Of a stretch of DNA of 64,000 nt, positions 7,748-17,503 are shown piece by piece. The DNA comes from Paludibacteraceae bacterium. GTDB taxonomy: Bacteria > Bacteroidota > Bacteroidia > Bacteroidales > Paludibacteraceae. The notes below the pieces were generated by a model, which searched no databases, was not told the DNA's origin, and saw only the letters and a list, made by a program, of their open reading frames with translations. The position numbers were made by a program, and so were the translations under genes. The stretch covers positions 11,434-75,433 of the forward strand of contig JAZNMH010000027.1 of NCBI GenBank assembly GCA_045579505.1, given 5' to 3'. Numbering within the stretch: the stretch's first letter is position 1; each line of letters starts with the position of its first letter.

Positions 7748-10672
7748 TTAATGCAGTTTTAATGTTACACCTAAACAGAATTGGGTAGCGGTAGGATAAG
7801 CCGAAGAGGTATCCACACCTGGGGTGATACCGTTCACGGCTACGATACTTGGGTCGTTACCCGAATAGCCCGTGAAGGTAGCCACGTTCTTGGCAGTCAC
7901 GTAGAGGCGCAAGCCATCAACAACCTTGTCCTTCCAGTCCCAGTTATAACCCAAAGTAATGTTATCCAACTTAATATACGAGCCGTCCTCCAAGAAGTAG
8001 CTGGAGATCACGCCACCGCCCGTCTTCACGTCCTTATCCTTGGTATAAGCGGTGCGCAGCACGTTGTCTGTACCGCAGCCTTGCAAGCCCATACCGTATT
8101 TACGCATATTGAAAATATCATAGTCTAACGCGCCTGTGAAAAGGATAGACAGGTCAAATCCCTTCCATGACAATTGGTTGCTCCAGCTCAATGTGTGCTT
8201 AGGCGCACCATTGCCGATATTGCGTTTCCATGTAGCATCCGCTGAACCTACAGGTTGTTTATTACCCTCGTTGTCAAAAACCAACATATTGCCTTGCTCA
8301 TCGGTGCCAGCATATTCGTAGCCATAGAACTGACCTATTTCTCCACCTTCCTCAACGCGGAAGAAGTACTCCGATGTACCTACACCTGGTTTGAGATAGA
8401 GGTCAAGATAAGCTGCCTTGTAAATATCGCTGGACAGTTTGGTCAGATAGGTACGACCGTATGCGTAGTTCACGCCCATGTTCCAGTTTACAGCTTTACC
8501 GCTCAAGATATCGCCATTCAGACTCACCTCCACACCGCGGTTGATGGTGGTACCTACGTTCACCAAGATACTTGGGTGTACGTATGGTGGTTGAGGAGCG
8601 GTATATTGGTACAACAAGTCTGGTGAGCGGCGGATATAGTACTCTACGCTACCACGCAGACGGTTCCACAGGTTGAAGTCTACACCTATGTTGTAGGACT
8701 CAGACTTCTCCCAACTCAATATAGGGTTAGCGTTAGATGATGGAGCGTACCCCACTACCCACTCGCCATCAATGAAGTACTGATGACGTGTCGAATAAGT
8801 CGATAGTGACTGATAAGGGTTATTTGGCTCACGACCCGTCACACCGTATGAGAAGCGAGGTTTAAGGCTCTTCAATACAGAAGATGCTGGATCCATAAAT
8901 GATGCTGACATCATCTCCCACGCGATGCTGGCGGATGGGAAGTTACCCCAACGGCTATTCATACCAAACTTGGTGCTGGCCTCGCGGCGGATACTTGCAC
9001 TCACGAAGAGCATATCCTTCCAGTTGTAGTTTACACGGCCGAAGAAACCAAAGAGTGATGATTGCGACTTGCCTGTCCACATATTGGCCAAGCCCTCGCT
9101 GAGCCATGTACCTGAACCCAGGGAGTGCCACATAGTCTTGTCGAAAGTGAAGTTGCGGTTCTCTGCGCCCACTTGCTCCCATGTGCGTTGCTCCCATGAG
9201 GTACCTGCTACGAAGCGAATCGTATGGTCATCCATTTGGAAGTCATAATTGATGAGCCAATCCAAGTGGTGTGCTTGGTTCTTTTGGTAGTTGACATTAG
9301 CGCGACCTTTGTAGCCACCCCAGTAACTCTCGTTGGAGAGAGAAGAAGCGTATGTGTTGGATTTCAGGTCATTGTAGTCCAATGAGTATGCAACCGAGGT
9401 ATTGAGGTTATGGTGCTCATCGGTATAGAGTTTGAGTTTCAATCCTGCATTTGCCAACAGATACATACGTTGGCCGTTGCTGGTAGTCTCTTTGAGGCGA
9501 GTAACAGGGTTCACCGCGCCGGTCACACCTGTAGGTTGATAGTAGCTACCATCCTCGTTATAGACAGGCATTGTTGGGTTCATACCCAGGGCATTGTCCA
9601 CCTGACCATTGTCGCCCCATTGCTCATCCACACGGCGACCAGCCAAGCTGGCAGACAGGGTGAGATAGTCATTGAGCATCTTTTGCTCCATCGCAAAGCG
9701 TCCGCCATACTCGCGACGTTTGCTCACGATATCCAGACCGTTGGCCTCTTTATAGTTGAGCGAAGCGCTGTAGCTACCGCCCTTGCTGGCTGAAGCCACG
9801 TTCACATATTGGTTCACATCGTATGCTACAGGGCGAGTAATCTCGCTGTACCAGTCGGTCGATGCACCATAGTCTGTACCACGGCGTGAACGACGGAACT
9901 CATCAGCGGTCAGTACTTGCATGTGTGGTTTAGCCACATTAGCGCCAAAATAGGAGTCGTAGGTCACTTGAAAGTGTCCTTGCTCGGCACGGCTCTTCTT
10001 GGTGGTCACCAGCACCACGCCGTTCGCGCCACGTGTACCGTAGATAGCCGCACTCGCCGCATCTTTCAGCACGGTGATACTCTCAATGTCTTGCGAACTG
10101 AGGTTGCGAATGTCACCGCCAGCTATACCGTCAATGACATACAGAGGCTCGTTGCTTCCGCTCAGCGAACCTGCACCACGGATCTGTAACGACGAATTGG
10201 AGTTAGGGTCAGCTGCACTGGTGGTGTTCACCGTCAGACCTGCCACCTTACCCACGAGCATCTCCATAGGGTTGTTCATCGGACCTTTGGCAAAATCCTT
10301 GCTGTCCACCTGCACAATAGAGCTGGACACCTCTTTCTTACTCAGACTACCATAACCTATGACCACCACTTCTTCCATACCGACACTCGCCTCTGCCATA
10401 ACGACATTAATGACTTGACGGCCTTCCACGGCAATCGATTGGCTCTCATAGCCCACATACGAAAACTCTAACACAGCATCCACAGCCAAGTTGCTCAGCT
10501 GATAGTTTCCGTCAAAATCGGTCACTGTACCATTGCTGGTACCTTTTACCACAACCGATGCGCCAATAATGGTCTCACCATTGACGTCGGTCACTGTACC
10601 ACTCACGTCCTGTGCCAATGTGTGCACCAGTGCGCCACATGCCAGAACCATGATCATGAGAAACTTTTTCAT
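7748..10672 (-). CDS. susC: SusC-like TonB-dependent outer-membrane transporter
   Basis: 974 aa. It has an N-terminal carboxypeptidase-regulatory-like domain (GTVTDVNGETIIGASVVVKGTSNGTVTDFDGNYQL), a plug region (IESITVLKDAASAAIYGTRGANGVVLVTTK) and a C-terminal beta-barrel ending in an aromatic-rich strand. Confidence 0.92.
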   Translation of the reverse strand: MKKFLMIMVLACGALVHTLAQDVSGTVTDVNGETIIGASVVVKGTSNGTVTDFDGNYQLSNLAVDAVLEFSYVGYESQSIAVEGRQVINVVMAEASVGMEEVVVIGYGSLSKKEVSSSIVQVDSKDFAKGPMNNPMEMLVGKVAGLTVNTTSAADPNSNSSLQIRGAGSLSGSNEPLYVIDGIAGGDIRNLSSQDIESITVLKDAASAAIYGTRGANGVVLVTTKKSRAEQGHFQVTYDSYFGANVAKPHMQVLTADEFRRSRRGTDYGASTDWYSEITRPVAYDVNQYVNVASASKGGSYSASLNYKEANGLDIVSKRREYGGRFAMEQKMLNDYLTLSASLAGRRVDEQWGDNGQVDNALGMNPTMPVYNEDGSYYQPTGVTGAVNPVTRLKETTSNGQRMYLLANAGLKLKLYTDEHHNLNTSVAYSLDYNDLKSNTYASSLSNESYWGGYKGRANVNYQKNQAHHLDWLINYDFQMDDHTIRFVAGTSWEQRTWEQVGAENRNFTFDKTMWHSLGSGTWLSEGLANMWTGKSQSSLFGFFGRVNYNWKDMLFVSASIRREASTKFGMNSRWGNFPSASIAWEMMSASFMDPASSVLKSLKPRFSYGVTGREPNNPYQSLSTYSTRHQYFIDGEWVVGYAPSSNANPILSWEKSESYNIGVDFNLWNRLRGSVEYYIRRSPDLLYQYTAPQPPYVHPSILVNVGTTINRGVEVSLNGDILSGKAVNWNMGVNYAYGRTYLTKLSSDIYKAAYLDLYLKPGVGTSEYFFRVEEGGEIGQFYGYEYAGTDEQGNMLVFDNEGNKQPVGSADATWKRNIGNGAPKHTLSWSNQLSWKGFDLSILFTGALDYDIFNMRKYGMGLQGCGTDNVLRTAYTKDKDVKTGGGVISSYFLEDGSYIKLDNITLGYNWDWKDKVVDGLRLYVTAKNVATFTGYSGNDPSIVAVNGITPGVDTSSAYPTATQFCLGVTLKLH

Positions 10673-10689
10673 AACATTTATATTTTTGG

Positions 10690-12684
10690 TTAATTGTTTT
10701 TCTTCACTTGTGCAGCCATACCGCCGCCTGCTGCCATCCAGACTGTCACTTTGTCGCCTTTCTTCACGCTATACTCCTTTATACCATACGCGTATGGGCG
10801 CGTGAGCCAGTCTGCATCCTCCGCATCGCACCACAGGGTCATGGTGTATTCCACACCTTCATCCAACATGTCCAACGCGAGTTCTGCGGTGCGTGCCTCC
10901 TCATCGGTGATACCGCCGATATACCAGGTGTCGCCACCGCGCTCCTGACGGGCATAAATGCAGTAGTCACCTATCTTGCCATCCATGAGCAGCGAACGCT
11001 CCCAGTCGCATGGCACTTCTTCTACAAAGCGGAAAGCCTCTGGGTGCTCCATATAGTGCTCGGGTAGGTCGCACACCATCTGCAAAGGCGAATAGAAGCA
11101 CACAAACAAGCCTAACTGGTTCATCAATGTCGAGTGCACACGTGTAGTCGGTATCACAGGGTTCTCAAAGTGGAACACACCCGGTGTGTAGTCCACAGGA
11201 CCTGCCAATATACGGGTGTATGGCAATACCGTCACGTGCTCGCATGGGCTTCCGCCGTCGCGGCTCCATGCGTTCCACTCTTGTCCACGAACACCTTCTT
11301 GAGTCATGAGATTAGGATAGGTGCGTTGCAAGCCAGTAGGCATTACGGGCTCGTGGTTATCTATGCTGATTTGGTATTTCGCTGCGGTCTCTATCACCTT
11401 GCGGTAGTGGCGAACGCCCGACTGACCTTTGTTCCATTGTAGGCCATCCAAGGTGCGAATGATTGGTGCCACATACCCTGTCTTAATGGCATTTATGCCA
11501 TGCTCAGCATGATAGGCATACGCTTCCTCCAGCACATTCTCGTAGTCCGCAGCATTGCCGCCTGTCTCGTTGTGACCCACAATCTCCACGCCAAGGCTAT
11601 CCGCCAAACGGCTCAGATAAGGCATATCCCAATCAGGATAGGACTCCGTGAAAGAGAAATGACGCCAGTCTTCCCAACCTTTGTTCCAACCTTCAGCCAA
11701 TACGCCCTCTATATTGTGCTCCTTAGCAAAATGCAAGTACTTCTCCATATTCTCGGTCGTAGCACCGTGCAGCGGTCCCATCTCCCAAGTCATAGTCTTG
11801 ATGTGCATGCCCCACCAGATGCCAATGAACTTCATCGGACGAATCCACTCGGTATCTTCTATGGCACAAGGCTCGTTTAGATTGAGCATGATACGCGAAG
11901 CCACCAACTCGGGCAGGGTCTTGGTTAGGATCACCATTCGCCATGGGCTACTCCAAGCACCTTCCTTGTATGCTCTGGCATCCAAGGTCTGCTTATGCGC
12001 TCCCAACCATGGGGTGAGATAGGTGCAGAGCATATTGTCCTTCACGTAGAGGTTCTGTCCTGGATAGTCATACAACGCTGCTTCATGTACGAAAGCATAG
12101 CCACCATCCTTCAACTCCAAGGTGATTGGCGAACAAACGGTGTCCGTCAGCGACCACATAGGCACCTTGCTCCACAATCCCTCGTAGTACTCTGTACGCC
12201 ATGGTATAGACCATACATCGTGGTTCTCAGTAAAGCGATAGGCAGTCTTCTCATCTGTAACTGTCATCTTACCTTCATAGTCAGGGAACTCATAGCGGAT
12301 TGCCACGCCATCATTGAAACAACGAAAAGCAATCTGCATCTTCACACCCGAGGCATGTTGCAAACAAACCAGCATACGATTGTGGTGATCGCGGATAAAA
12401 CGCTCTTCACCCCATACGGTCTCCCATACTTCGTCATGACTGCCTTTCTTGATGCCTTTGAGCACAAAACCCGTACTAAAGTCTGCTTCCTCGGTCTGCA
12501 AACCCAACGGTGACCATAGCAACACGCTGTCACATCCACGGCTTACACTGTATTCTGGTGCGCCATCCTCGGTCAAACGAAATGACAACACCAACTCGCC
12601 ATTAGGCGAACACAACTCCGGCTGGCTATTACTACAAGCCAACATCATGAACGGAAAAAGAAATAATAGGAATCTAAATTTCAT
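10690..12684 (-). CDS. susB: GH97 alpha-glucosidase (SusB-like)
   Basis: 664 aa. It shares strong blocks with the SusB family: ASRIMLNLNEPC, EGWNKGWEDW, RTYPNLMTQEGVRGQE, LPYTRILAGPVDYTPG, YSPLQM. It is the first gene of the minus-strand operon. Confidence 0.88.
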   Translation of the reverse strand: MKFRFLLFLFPFMMLACSNSQPELCSPNGELVLSFRLTEDGAPEYSVSRGCDSVLLWSPLGLQTEEADFSTGFVLKGIKKGSHDEVWETVWGEERFIRDHHNRMLVCLQHASGVKMQIAFRCFNDGVAIRYEFPDYEGKMTVTDEKTAYRFTENHDVWSIPWRTEYYEGLWSKVPMWSLTDTVCSPITLELKDGGYAFVHEAALYDYPGQNLYVKDNMLCTYLTPWLGAHKQTLDARAYKEGAWSSPWRMVILTKTLPELVASRIMLNLNEPCAIEDTEWIRPMKFIGIWWGMHIKTMTWEMGPLHGATTENMEKYLHFAKEHNIEGVLAEGWNKGWEDWRHFSFTESYPDWDMPYLSRLADSLGVEIVGHNETGGNAADYENVLEEAYAYHAEHGINAIKTGYVAPIIRTLDGLQWNKGQSGVRHYRKVIETAAKYQISIDNHEPVMPTGLQRTYPNLMTQEGVRGQEWNAWSRDGGSPCEHVTVLPYTRILAGPVDYTPGVFHFENPVIPTTRVHSTLMNQLGLFVCFYSPLQMVCDLPEHYMEHPEAFRFVEEVPCDWERSLLMDGKIGDYCIYARQERGGDTWYIGGITDEEARTAELALDMLDEGVEYTMTLWCDAEDADWLTRPYAYGIKEYSVKKGDKVTVWMAAGGGMAAQVKKNN

Positions 12685-12706
12685 GGTATTTTTTGTTTAT
12701 TTTTGG

Positions 12707-12714
12707 CAAAGTTA
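12707..12714 (-). promoter_or_regulatory. Bacteroidota -7 promoter box (TAACTTTG) for the starch operon
   Basis: The reverse strand reads TAACTTTG, which matches TAnnTTTG. It lies 22 nt upstream of the GH97 ATG at 12684. Confidence 0.5.
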
Positions 12715-12808
12715 CTACTTATATTATATATATACAAAAAATATTACAAAAATCAAGAAAATTTCTTCTTTTTTTAGTCTATATTTTTTGCGTTTCAACT
12801 ATTTTTTG

Positions 12809-12816
12809 TACCTTTG
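12809..12816 (+). promoter_or_regulatory. Bacteroidota -7 promoter box (TACCTTTG) for the SusR-like gene
   Basis: TACCTTTG lies 20 nt upstream of the ATG at 12836. Confidence 0.5.
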
Positions 12817-12835
12817 CCGAAAATTTGTACTTACC

Positions 12836-14425
12836 ATGAAAAAATCACTCTCATTTCTTCTCTTTTTGCTGCTATCTATAAGTAGCGTTTTTGCCAATAA
12901 ATACGCGATGAAATCGGACATTCAGCGTCTGGAAGAAATCATCAACCAACGCCCTTACTATGACCGGCTAAAGCGGCAGCGAATCGATAGTCTTACCCTG
13001 CTTTTGGACACGGCTAAGACGCCTTACGCCATATACAAATATTTATACGAAGAATATAAATCGTTTAACTACGATACAGCCCTTATTTTCACCCAAAATA
13101 TGCACGATGAGGCACTGCTTATGCAGCAACCACATTTGGTAGCAGAAGCGGATCTCTGTCGTGCATTTGTCTACCTCTCGGGGGGACTATTCAAGGAGGC
13201 ATACGATCTACTATCACACCTCGAAAACCTTCCCCAACCAACAACCGATAACCTATCCCCCACTTACTATATCACCTACGCGCGCCTGCTCTACGACATG
13301 GCTGACTACGCAGGTGGAAACATGTTTGCCATATATAACCAACAGGCCAACCGCTGCATGCAGCAATTGGTGGAGCAATCATCCCCTGCCGACTCCATGC
13401 ACTATCACTACCCTACGGCATCCATTCTGCTCCGTGAAGGCCATCACCACAAGAGTATCGCCCACTTCCAAGAAGCGCTTTTAGACTCACGTTGTACGAC
13501 ACATGACCAAGCTATTTTCTATAGCTCCATCGCCTACCTCTACCGCCAATTGGGCAATGACACCTTGGCCTTCCGTTATTATGTGGACGCTGCTATTGCA
13601 GATATACAGAGTTCTACCTACGAGACAGTGGCACTGCGCATGATTGCAGAAATATTGTACCAACAGGGTGAGATTGATTTAGCAAATAAGTATATCCACC
13701 TTGCCATGCGCGATGCGCAACGCTATCACGCGCGCCACCGCCAAGTCAGCATTTCCCAACTATTGCCTATCATTGAGCAGCAGCATACGCAGGTGCTCCA
13801 GCAGCACAATAATCTGGCGTATATCTGCTTGGGTATTTCTATTTTTCTGCTCATTTTATCGGCAGTATTTATCATTCTTATTGTGCGCCGAACGCGCAAA
13901 CTACATTCGGCACGCCTCATGATTGATGACATCAACCAGAACCTGCGTATTGCCAACACGGTCAAGGAGGAATTACTCAGCACCCTGTTGGTGGGACAAT
14001 CGCAGTACCTTAATGCCGTGGAGCAATACCAGACCAATGTTAAGGAATTGGTAGTCAAACGACAACTATCTCAACTCATGACTATTCCTAAGAATGCGGA
14101 TGCTAAACTGCAACGCCAGATTCTCAACCGACGAATGGATGAGATGTTGCTCAAGATCTTCCCTACTTTCGTAGAGGATTTCAATCAGTTACTCCGAGAG
14201 GAAGAGCGTTTTGTGCTCAAGGAAAACGAACTGCTCAACACGCAACTGCGCATTTTTGCGCTCATTCGTTTGGGCATTGTGCACAACGAGGTGATTGCAG
14301 AGATTTTGGATTACAGTATCAATACGGTTTACACCTATAAGACGCGTACCATCAACCGCTCGTACCTATCATCCGATGAATTTTATAATCAACTTATGCA
14401 AATATCATCCTTTAAGAGCCTGTAA
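12836..14425 (+). CDS. SusR-type (DUF6377-like) membrane-spanning transcriptional regulator of the starch locus
   Basis: 529 aa counted from the internal ATG at 12836 (MKKSLSFLLFLLL..). Order of parts: signal peptide, TPR-like periplasmic region, one TM (ICLGISIFLLILSAVFIILIV), coiled coil, and a C-terminal HTH (NEVIAEILDYSINTVYTYKTR). It is divergent from the PUL. The ORF-track extension 12449-12835 crosses the promoter and the GH97 gene. Confidence 0.65.
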   Translation: MKKSLSFLLFLLLSISSVFANKYAMKSDIQRLEEIINQRPYYDRLKRQRIDSLTLLLDTAKTPYAIYKYLYEEYKSFNYDTALIFTQNMHDEALLMQQPHLVAEADLCRAFVYLSGGLFKEAYDLLSHLENLPQPTTDNLSPTYYITYARLLYDMADYAGGNMFAIYNQQANRCMQQLVEQSSPADSMHYHYPTASILLREGHHHKSIAHFQEALLDSRCTTHDQAIFYSSIAYLYRQLGNDTLAFRYYVDAAIADIQSSTYETVALRMIAEILYQQGEIDLANKYIHLAMRDAQRYHARHRQVSISQLLPIIEQQHTQVLQQHNNLAYICLGISIFLLILSAVFIILIVRRTRKLHSARLMIDDINQNLRIANTVKEELLSTLLVGQSQYLNAVEQYQTNVKELVVKRQLSQLMTIPKNADAKLQRQILNRRMDEMLLKIFPTFVEDFNQLLREEERFVLKENELLNTQLRIFALIRLGIVHNEVIAEILDYSINTVYTYKTRTINRSYLSSDEFYNQLMQISSFKSL

Positions 14426-14440
14426 TATTCCCTATCAATT

Positions 14441-14506
14441 ACGGGTTCTTGACGGGTTCATAACGGGTTGATAGTATCACATCACTATCACATCCGTAGC
14501 ACATCT
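14441..14506. repeat. Six consecutive 11-nt tandem units (3x ACGGGTTnnnn, then 3x nTAnCACATCn)
   Basis: The units read acgggttcttg / acgggttcata / acgggttgata / gtatcacatca / ctatcacatcc / gtagcacatct. They lie between the convergent stops at 14425 and 14531. Confidence 0.85.
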
Positions 14507-14530
14507 ATTGCTTTTCTCTTCATTCGCTCG

Positions 14531-15733
14531 CTATCTGAAAACGAGCGTAAAGATAGTTTCCTTTTCATTACTACGAACGAGGCGGATGCTACCATTGTGT
14601 AGGCGCATGATTTGGCGGGAGAGACTCAAACCAATACCAGAGCCTTCGGGTTTGGTGGTGAAGAATGGAATGAATATCTGCTCCTGACTATCGGGGCTGA
14701 TAGAATGACCGTTATTGCTCACATCTATCACAACGGCATCGGCATCATCAATCTTGGCTGTGATGGTTATTTGGGTTGCCTCTGCCTGCAAGGCATTGCT
14801 AATGAGATTGACTACCACCTGCGAGATTTGTCCCTCGTCCGCATATAGCAGAATATCATCGGTCAGTTCGGTGTATTGATAGCGTGCACCTGCGGCATCT
14901 ACCTGCTGTTTGGTCAGTTGCTCCACACGTTCCATGAGTTCGCGCAAGTAAAACGGTTTCCTTATTGGCGTTGCCACTCGCGTTAGACTACGGTAAGTAT
15001 TCACGAATTTGATTAAGTCCTTAGAAGAGGTTGAAATCGTCTGCAAGCCCATTACCAAATCAGGAGAGGCAGGGTCTTTGGAGAGTGTTTCGCTGAGCGA
15101 AGCAATCGGCGTAATGGTATTCATAATCTCGTGTGTGAGTACACGGATTAGGCGCGACCATGCCAACTCCTCGTTCTCGGCAATCTCATTGCTAATATCG
15201 TTGAAGGCAATAATCTTCACCGTTTTGCCATGTATCGCTGCTTCGGTGGCTGTGAGAATGATAGTGCGTTCGCCTCGTTCGGTAAAGAATGTGGCACGTT
15301 GTTCGCTATTGGCTGACACTTGTCGAAACGCCTCCGCAAGCGATGGATGGATATTATCCAGTTGGCGAAGATTACTGAAGGTCAGCAAACCCAAGAGCGA
15401 GAGGGCTGTTTTGTTGTGATAGGTCACTCGGTTGTCCGTGACGGTGATGATACCCGTTTGCACATGGTCGAGCATCTGTCCGAAGTAGCGTTCTTGTTCG
15501 CTGATTTCGTGTCGCTCTTTGTCGAAAAGGTCACGCAGGCGGTTGAGTGTTTTGTTGAAACTTCTATTCCGAATGCCTTGCTCGTTAAATCGGAAGTTGA
15601 GTTCCTTATCTTCGAGCGCATCGAGCATGTAATTGATTTTCTTTTGCAATCGTTGTTTCACCACTACCCCCACAACGACTCCCACCACAATAGCAGTGGT
15701 AAGGCAAGTGAGTATGAGTGTAGAAAGGGGCAT
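14531..15733 (-). CDS. Sensor histidine kinase: one N-terminal TM, PAS-like domain, HisKA and HATPase domains, no periplasmic domain
   Basis: 400 aa. H-box LTHEIMNTITPI, N-box VVNLISNALQA and G-box GSGIGLSLSRQIM are present. The only hydrophobic segment is residues 5-25. Confidence 0.9.
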   Translation of the reverse strand: MPLSTLILTCLTTAIVVGVVVGVVVKQRLQKKINYMLDALEDKELNFRFNEQGIRNRSFNKTLNRLRDLFDKERHEISEQERYFGQMLDHVQTGIITVTDNRVTYHNKTALSLLGLLTFSNLRQLDNIHPSLAEAFRQVSANSEQRATFFTERGERTIILTATEAAIHGKTVKIIAFNDISNEIAENEELAWSRLIRVLTHEIMNTITPIASLSETLSKDPASPDLVMGLQTISTSSKDLIKFVNTYRSLTRVATPIRKPFYLRELMERVEQLTKQQVDAAGARYQYTELTDDILLYADEGQISQVVVNLISNALQAEATQITITAKIDDADAVVIDVSNNGHSISPDSQEQIFIPFFTTKPEGSGIGLSLSRQIMRLHNGSIRLVRSNEKETIFTLVFR

Positions 15734-15739
15734 GGGGTA

Positions 15740-16729
15740 TTATGAATTAGGAATTATTAACGAGAGCAATGTAGCAATACTATCTTCAACTGCATCTACC
15801 GATGGGATATCACGATAAGCGAGGTCTGGTAATTCGTTGATATAAGTAGGTTGCAATAGTTGCCAGGTAGCATGCAAATCAACGATTAGAGACGATTGGT
15901 TCAATGGACGAGTTTGCCAACCATCTGGTTTATTAAAACTCTGTCGATCATGCTCTAATAACGATTGAAAATCGGCATGGAACTCATCGGAATGGATATA
16001 CGCTTGACATGCATCATCGTGGAGCAGATAATACAAATCATAGAAATGGCGTATCTTAGCAGTCATTTGAGGTAAATAGTCATCCGCCAAAGAACAACGC
16101 ATAAGCGAAACCAACTTCTCCGTGAGAGTGCGACGGCAATCCAGTACTTTTAATTCCATAGATTGTAGCCCATATTCATCGATCAATCCCCATTGATTAT
16201 GCTGCATCATAAATTCCGTTAGGAAACTGGTTATGTGACATTTTTGATAAGGGAATGGATTCGCAAAACTATTAATCTCTAACAACAATTCACCAGAATT
16301 TACTGAATCCACTTGCTCTGTTATTACTCGTGGGTATTGATAAAACGCTTTATGATAATGTGAACCTTTACTAGTGCTGTCTCTAACAATTTCTTGCAAA
16401 CCTTGTGTCATTGTGTGCGCTGTTTTGCGAATTAGCGTTTTCAATTGGTTGCCGCTTAGGCTATTTGCATCCAAAATAGCAATGTCAATATCCTCTGAAA
16501 AACGAGTACCAATATTATATGCTTTCGTCAAACTCGTTCCGCCTTTAAACACAACTCGATCTACTACTTCACTATCAGCTAATAATGACAACGCATGACA
16601 AATCCAATAGTCTTTCTCTATAAAAAGGGCCTTTATCCCTAAACCTCCATTGACTTTTGGTTGTGCGGCAGAAACAATTGCCTCTTTAAATAATAATGGA
16701 TTTTCGTGAAGTCTCATATAATACGCCAA
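15740..16729 (-). CDS. AbiEii/AbiGii-family nucleotidyltransferase toxin (type IV TA)
   Basis: 329 aa with the signature VVFKGGTSLTKAY...RFSEDIDIAI. It overlaps the upstream antitoxin-like gene by 16 nt. Confidence 0.9.
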   Translation of the reverse strand: MAYYMRLHENPLLFKEAIVSAAQPKVNGGLGIKALFIEKDYWICHALSLLADSEVVDRVVFKGGTSLTKAYNIGTRFSEDIDIAILDANSLSGNQLKTLIRKTAHTMTQGLQEIVRDSTSKGSHYHKAFYQYPRVITEQVDSVNSGELLLEINSFANPFPYQKCHITSFLTEFMMQHNQWGLIDEYGLQSMELKVLDCRRTLTEKLVSLMRCSLADDYLPQMTAKIRHFYDLYYLLHDDACQAYIHSDEFHADFQSLLEHDRQSFNKPDGWQTRPLNQSSLIVDLHATWQLLQPTYINELPDLAYRDIPSVDAVEDSIATLLSLIIPNS

Positions 16730-17436
16730 TTTGATTTCGTTAATAACACATCGTCATCAATATGCAAACGATAATATGTGGTTCCGTTTAAAGAATTCTT
16801 CAGTCGCTTGCAGGGGATAGAAAGTTGTTCGCACATAGCACCAAGCAACGCGCGAACGGATGGAGTGTATGCAAGTGCTAAATCCTGCAAATGATTTTTT
16901 CTTTGTTTAGGCAAGCGTTTGATTATTGGTAATAGCATTGCTACTGCTTCAGAAGGAGTAGTTGCTGGAATGCGTTGAATAAAGCGCAGTGCATCTAAAA
17001 TCACATATAAGTCCACATCCTCCTCAGAGATAGGATTAGGTTGTAGGACAAATGCTATTTTCTCTATTCCTCGTCTTAAGGGCCTGCGATAGGTATTCGT
17101 ACCAATCAAAACAGTGCCTGAAATTTGTGTAGTAAGTCCTATACGAGAAAAAGCATTTGTACCTGTGATATACCCAATGCGCTTTCCTTCTTTTAAAATA
17201 AAGTCTTTTACGAGTTCGAATGTATCAGGAGGAATCTCACCAAAATATTGAGATTGTATAGGTTTATAATATTTACCTTTGCTTAAACGCTTTAGCTTTC
17301 CATTAGCAACCAATCGATTAAGTGCAACAATTAACGATGGCTGTTGGTTTACGGATACGCCAAAATCAGCAGGAGTCATTATGATTCCATCTTCTGTTTT
17401 GTCTAAAACTTTCTTTATTTGTTTTGTAATATCCAT
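16714..17436 (-). CDS. AbiEi-family antitoxin / transcriptional regulator (DUF6088-like)
   Basis: About 240 aa counted from the ATG at 17436 (MDITKQIKKVL..). The ORF-track start at 17448 is a GTG. The N-terminal winged-helix-like segment is ALNRLVANGKLKRLSKGKYYKP. The gene is paired with AbiEii. Confidence 0.8.
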   Translation of the reverse strand: MDITKQIKKVLDKTEDGIIMTPADFGVSVNQQPSLIVALNRLVANGKLKRLSKGKYYKPIQSQYFGEIPPDTFELVKDFILKEGKRIGYITGTNAFSRIGLTTQISGTVLIGTNTYRRPLRRGIEKIAFVLQPNPISEEDVDLYVILDALRFIQRIPATTPSEAVAMLLPIIKRLPKQRKNHLQDLALAYTPSVRALLGAMCEQLSIPCKRLKNSLNGTTYYRLHIDDDVLLTKSNWRII

Positions 17437-17464
17437 ACTGCAAACCACACATTAACTGTTAATA

Positions 17465-17493
17465 TGTTATGTTTATTACGCAAAAAACATAAC
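17465..17493. promoter_or_regulatory. Inverted repeat between the AbiE promoter and start codon (candidate AbiEi operator)
   Basis: TGTTATGTTT-9 nt-AAACATAACA has perfect 10-bp arms. AbiEi proteins are known to autoregulate through promoter inverted repeats. Confidence 0.35.
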
Positions 17494-17503
17494 AATTCTG
17501 CTG

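Noticed and set aside
12449-12835. N-terminal extensions in the ORF track: 12449-12835, 21533-21631, 34661-34699, 37713-37763, 41808-41864, 45939-45965, 52740-52862, 56905-56925
   Set aside because: The extensions cross promoters or neighbouring genes and encode non-protein-like sequence. An internal ATG immediately precedes a clean signal peptide or conserved domain start in each case.
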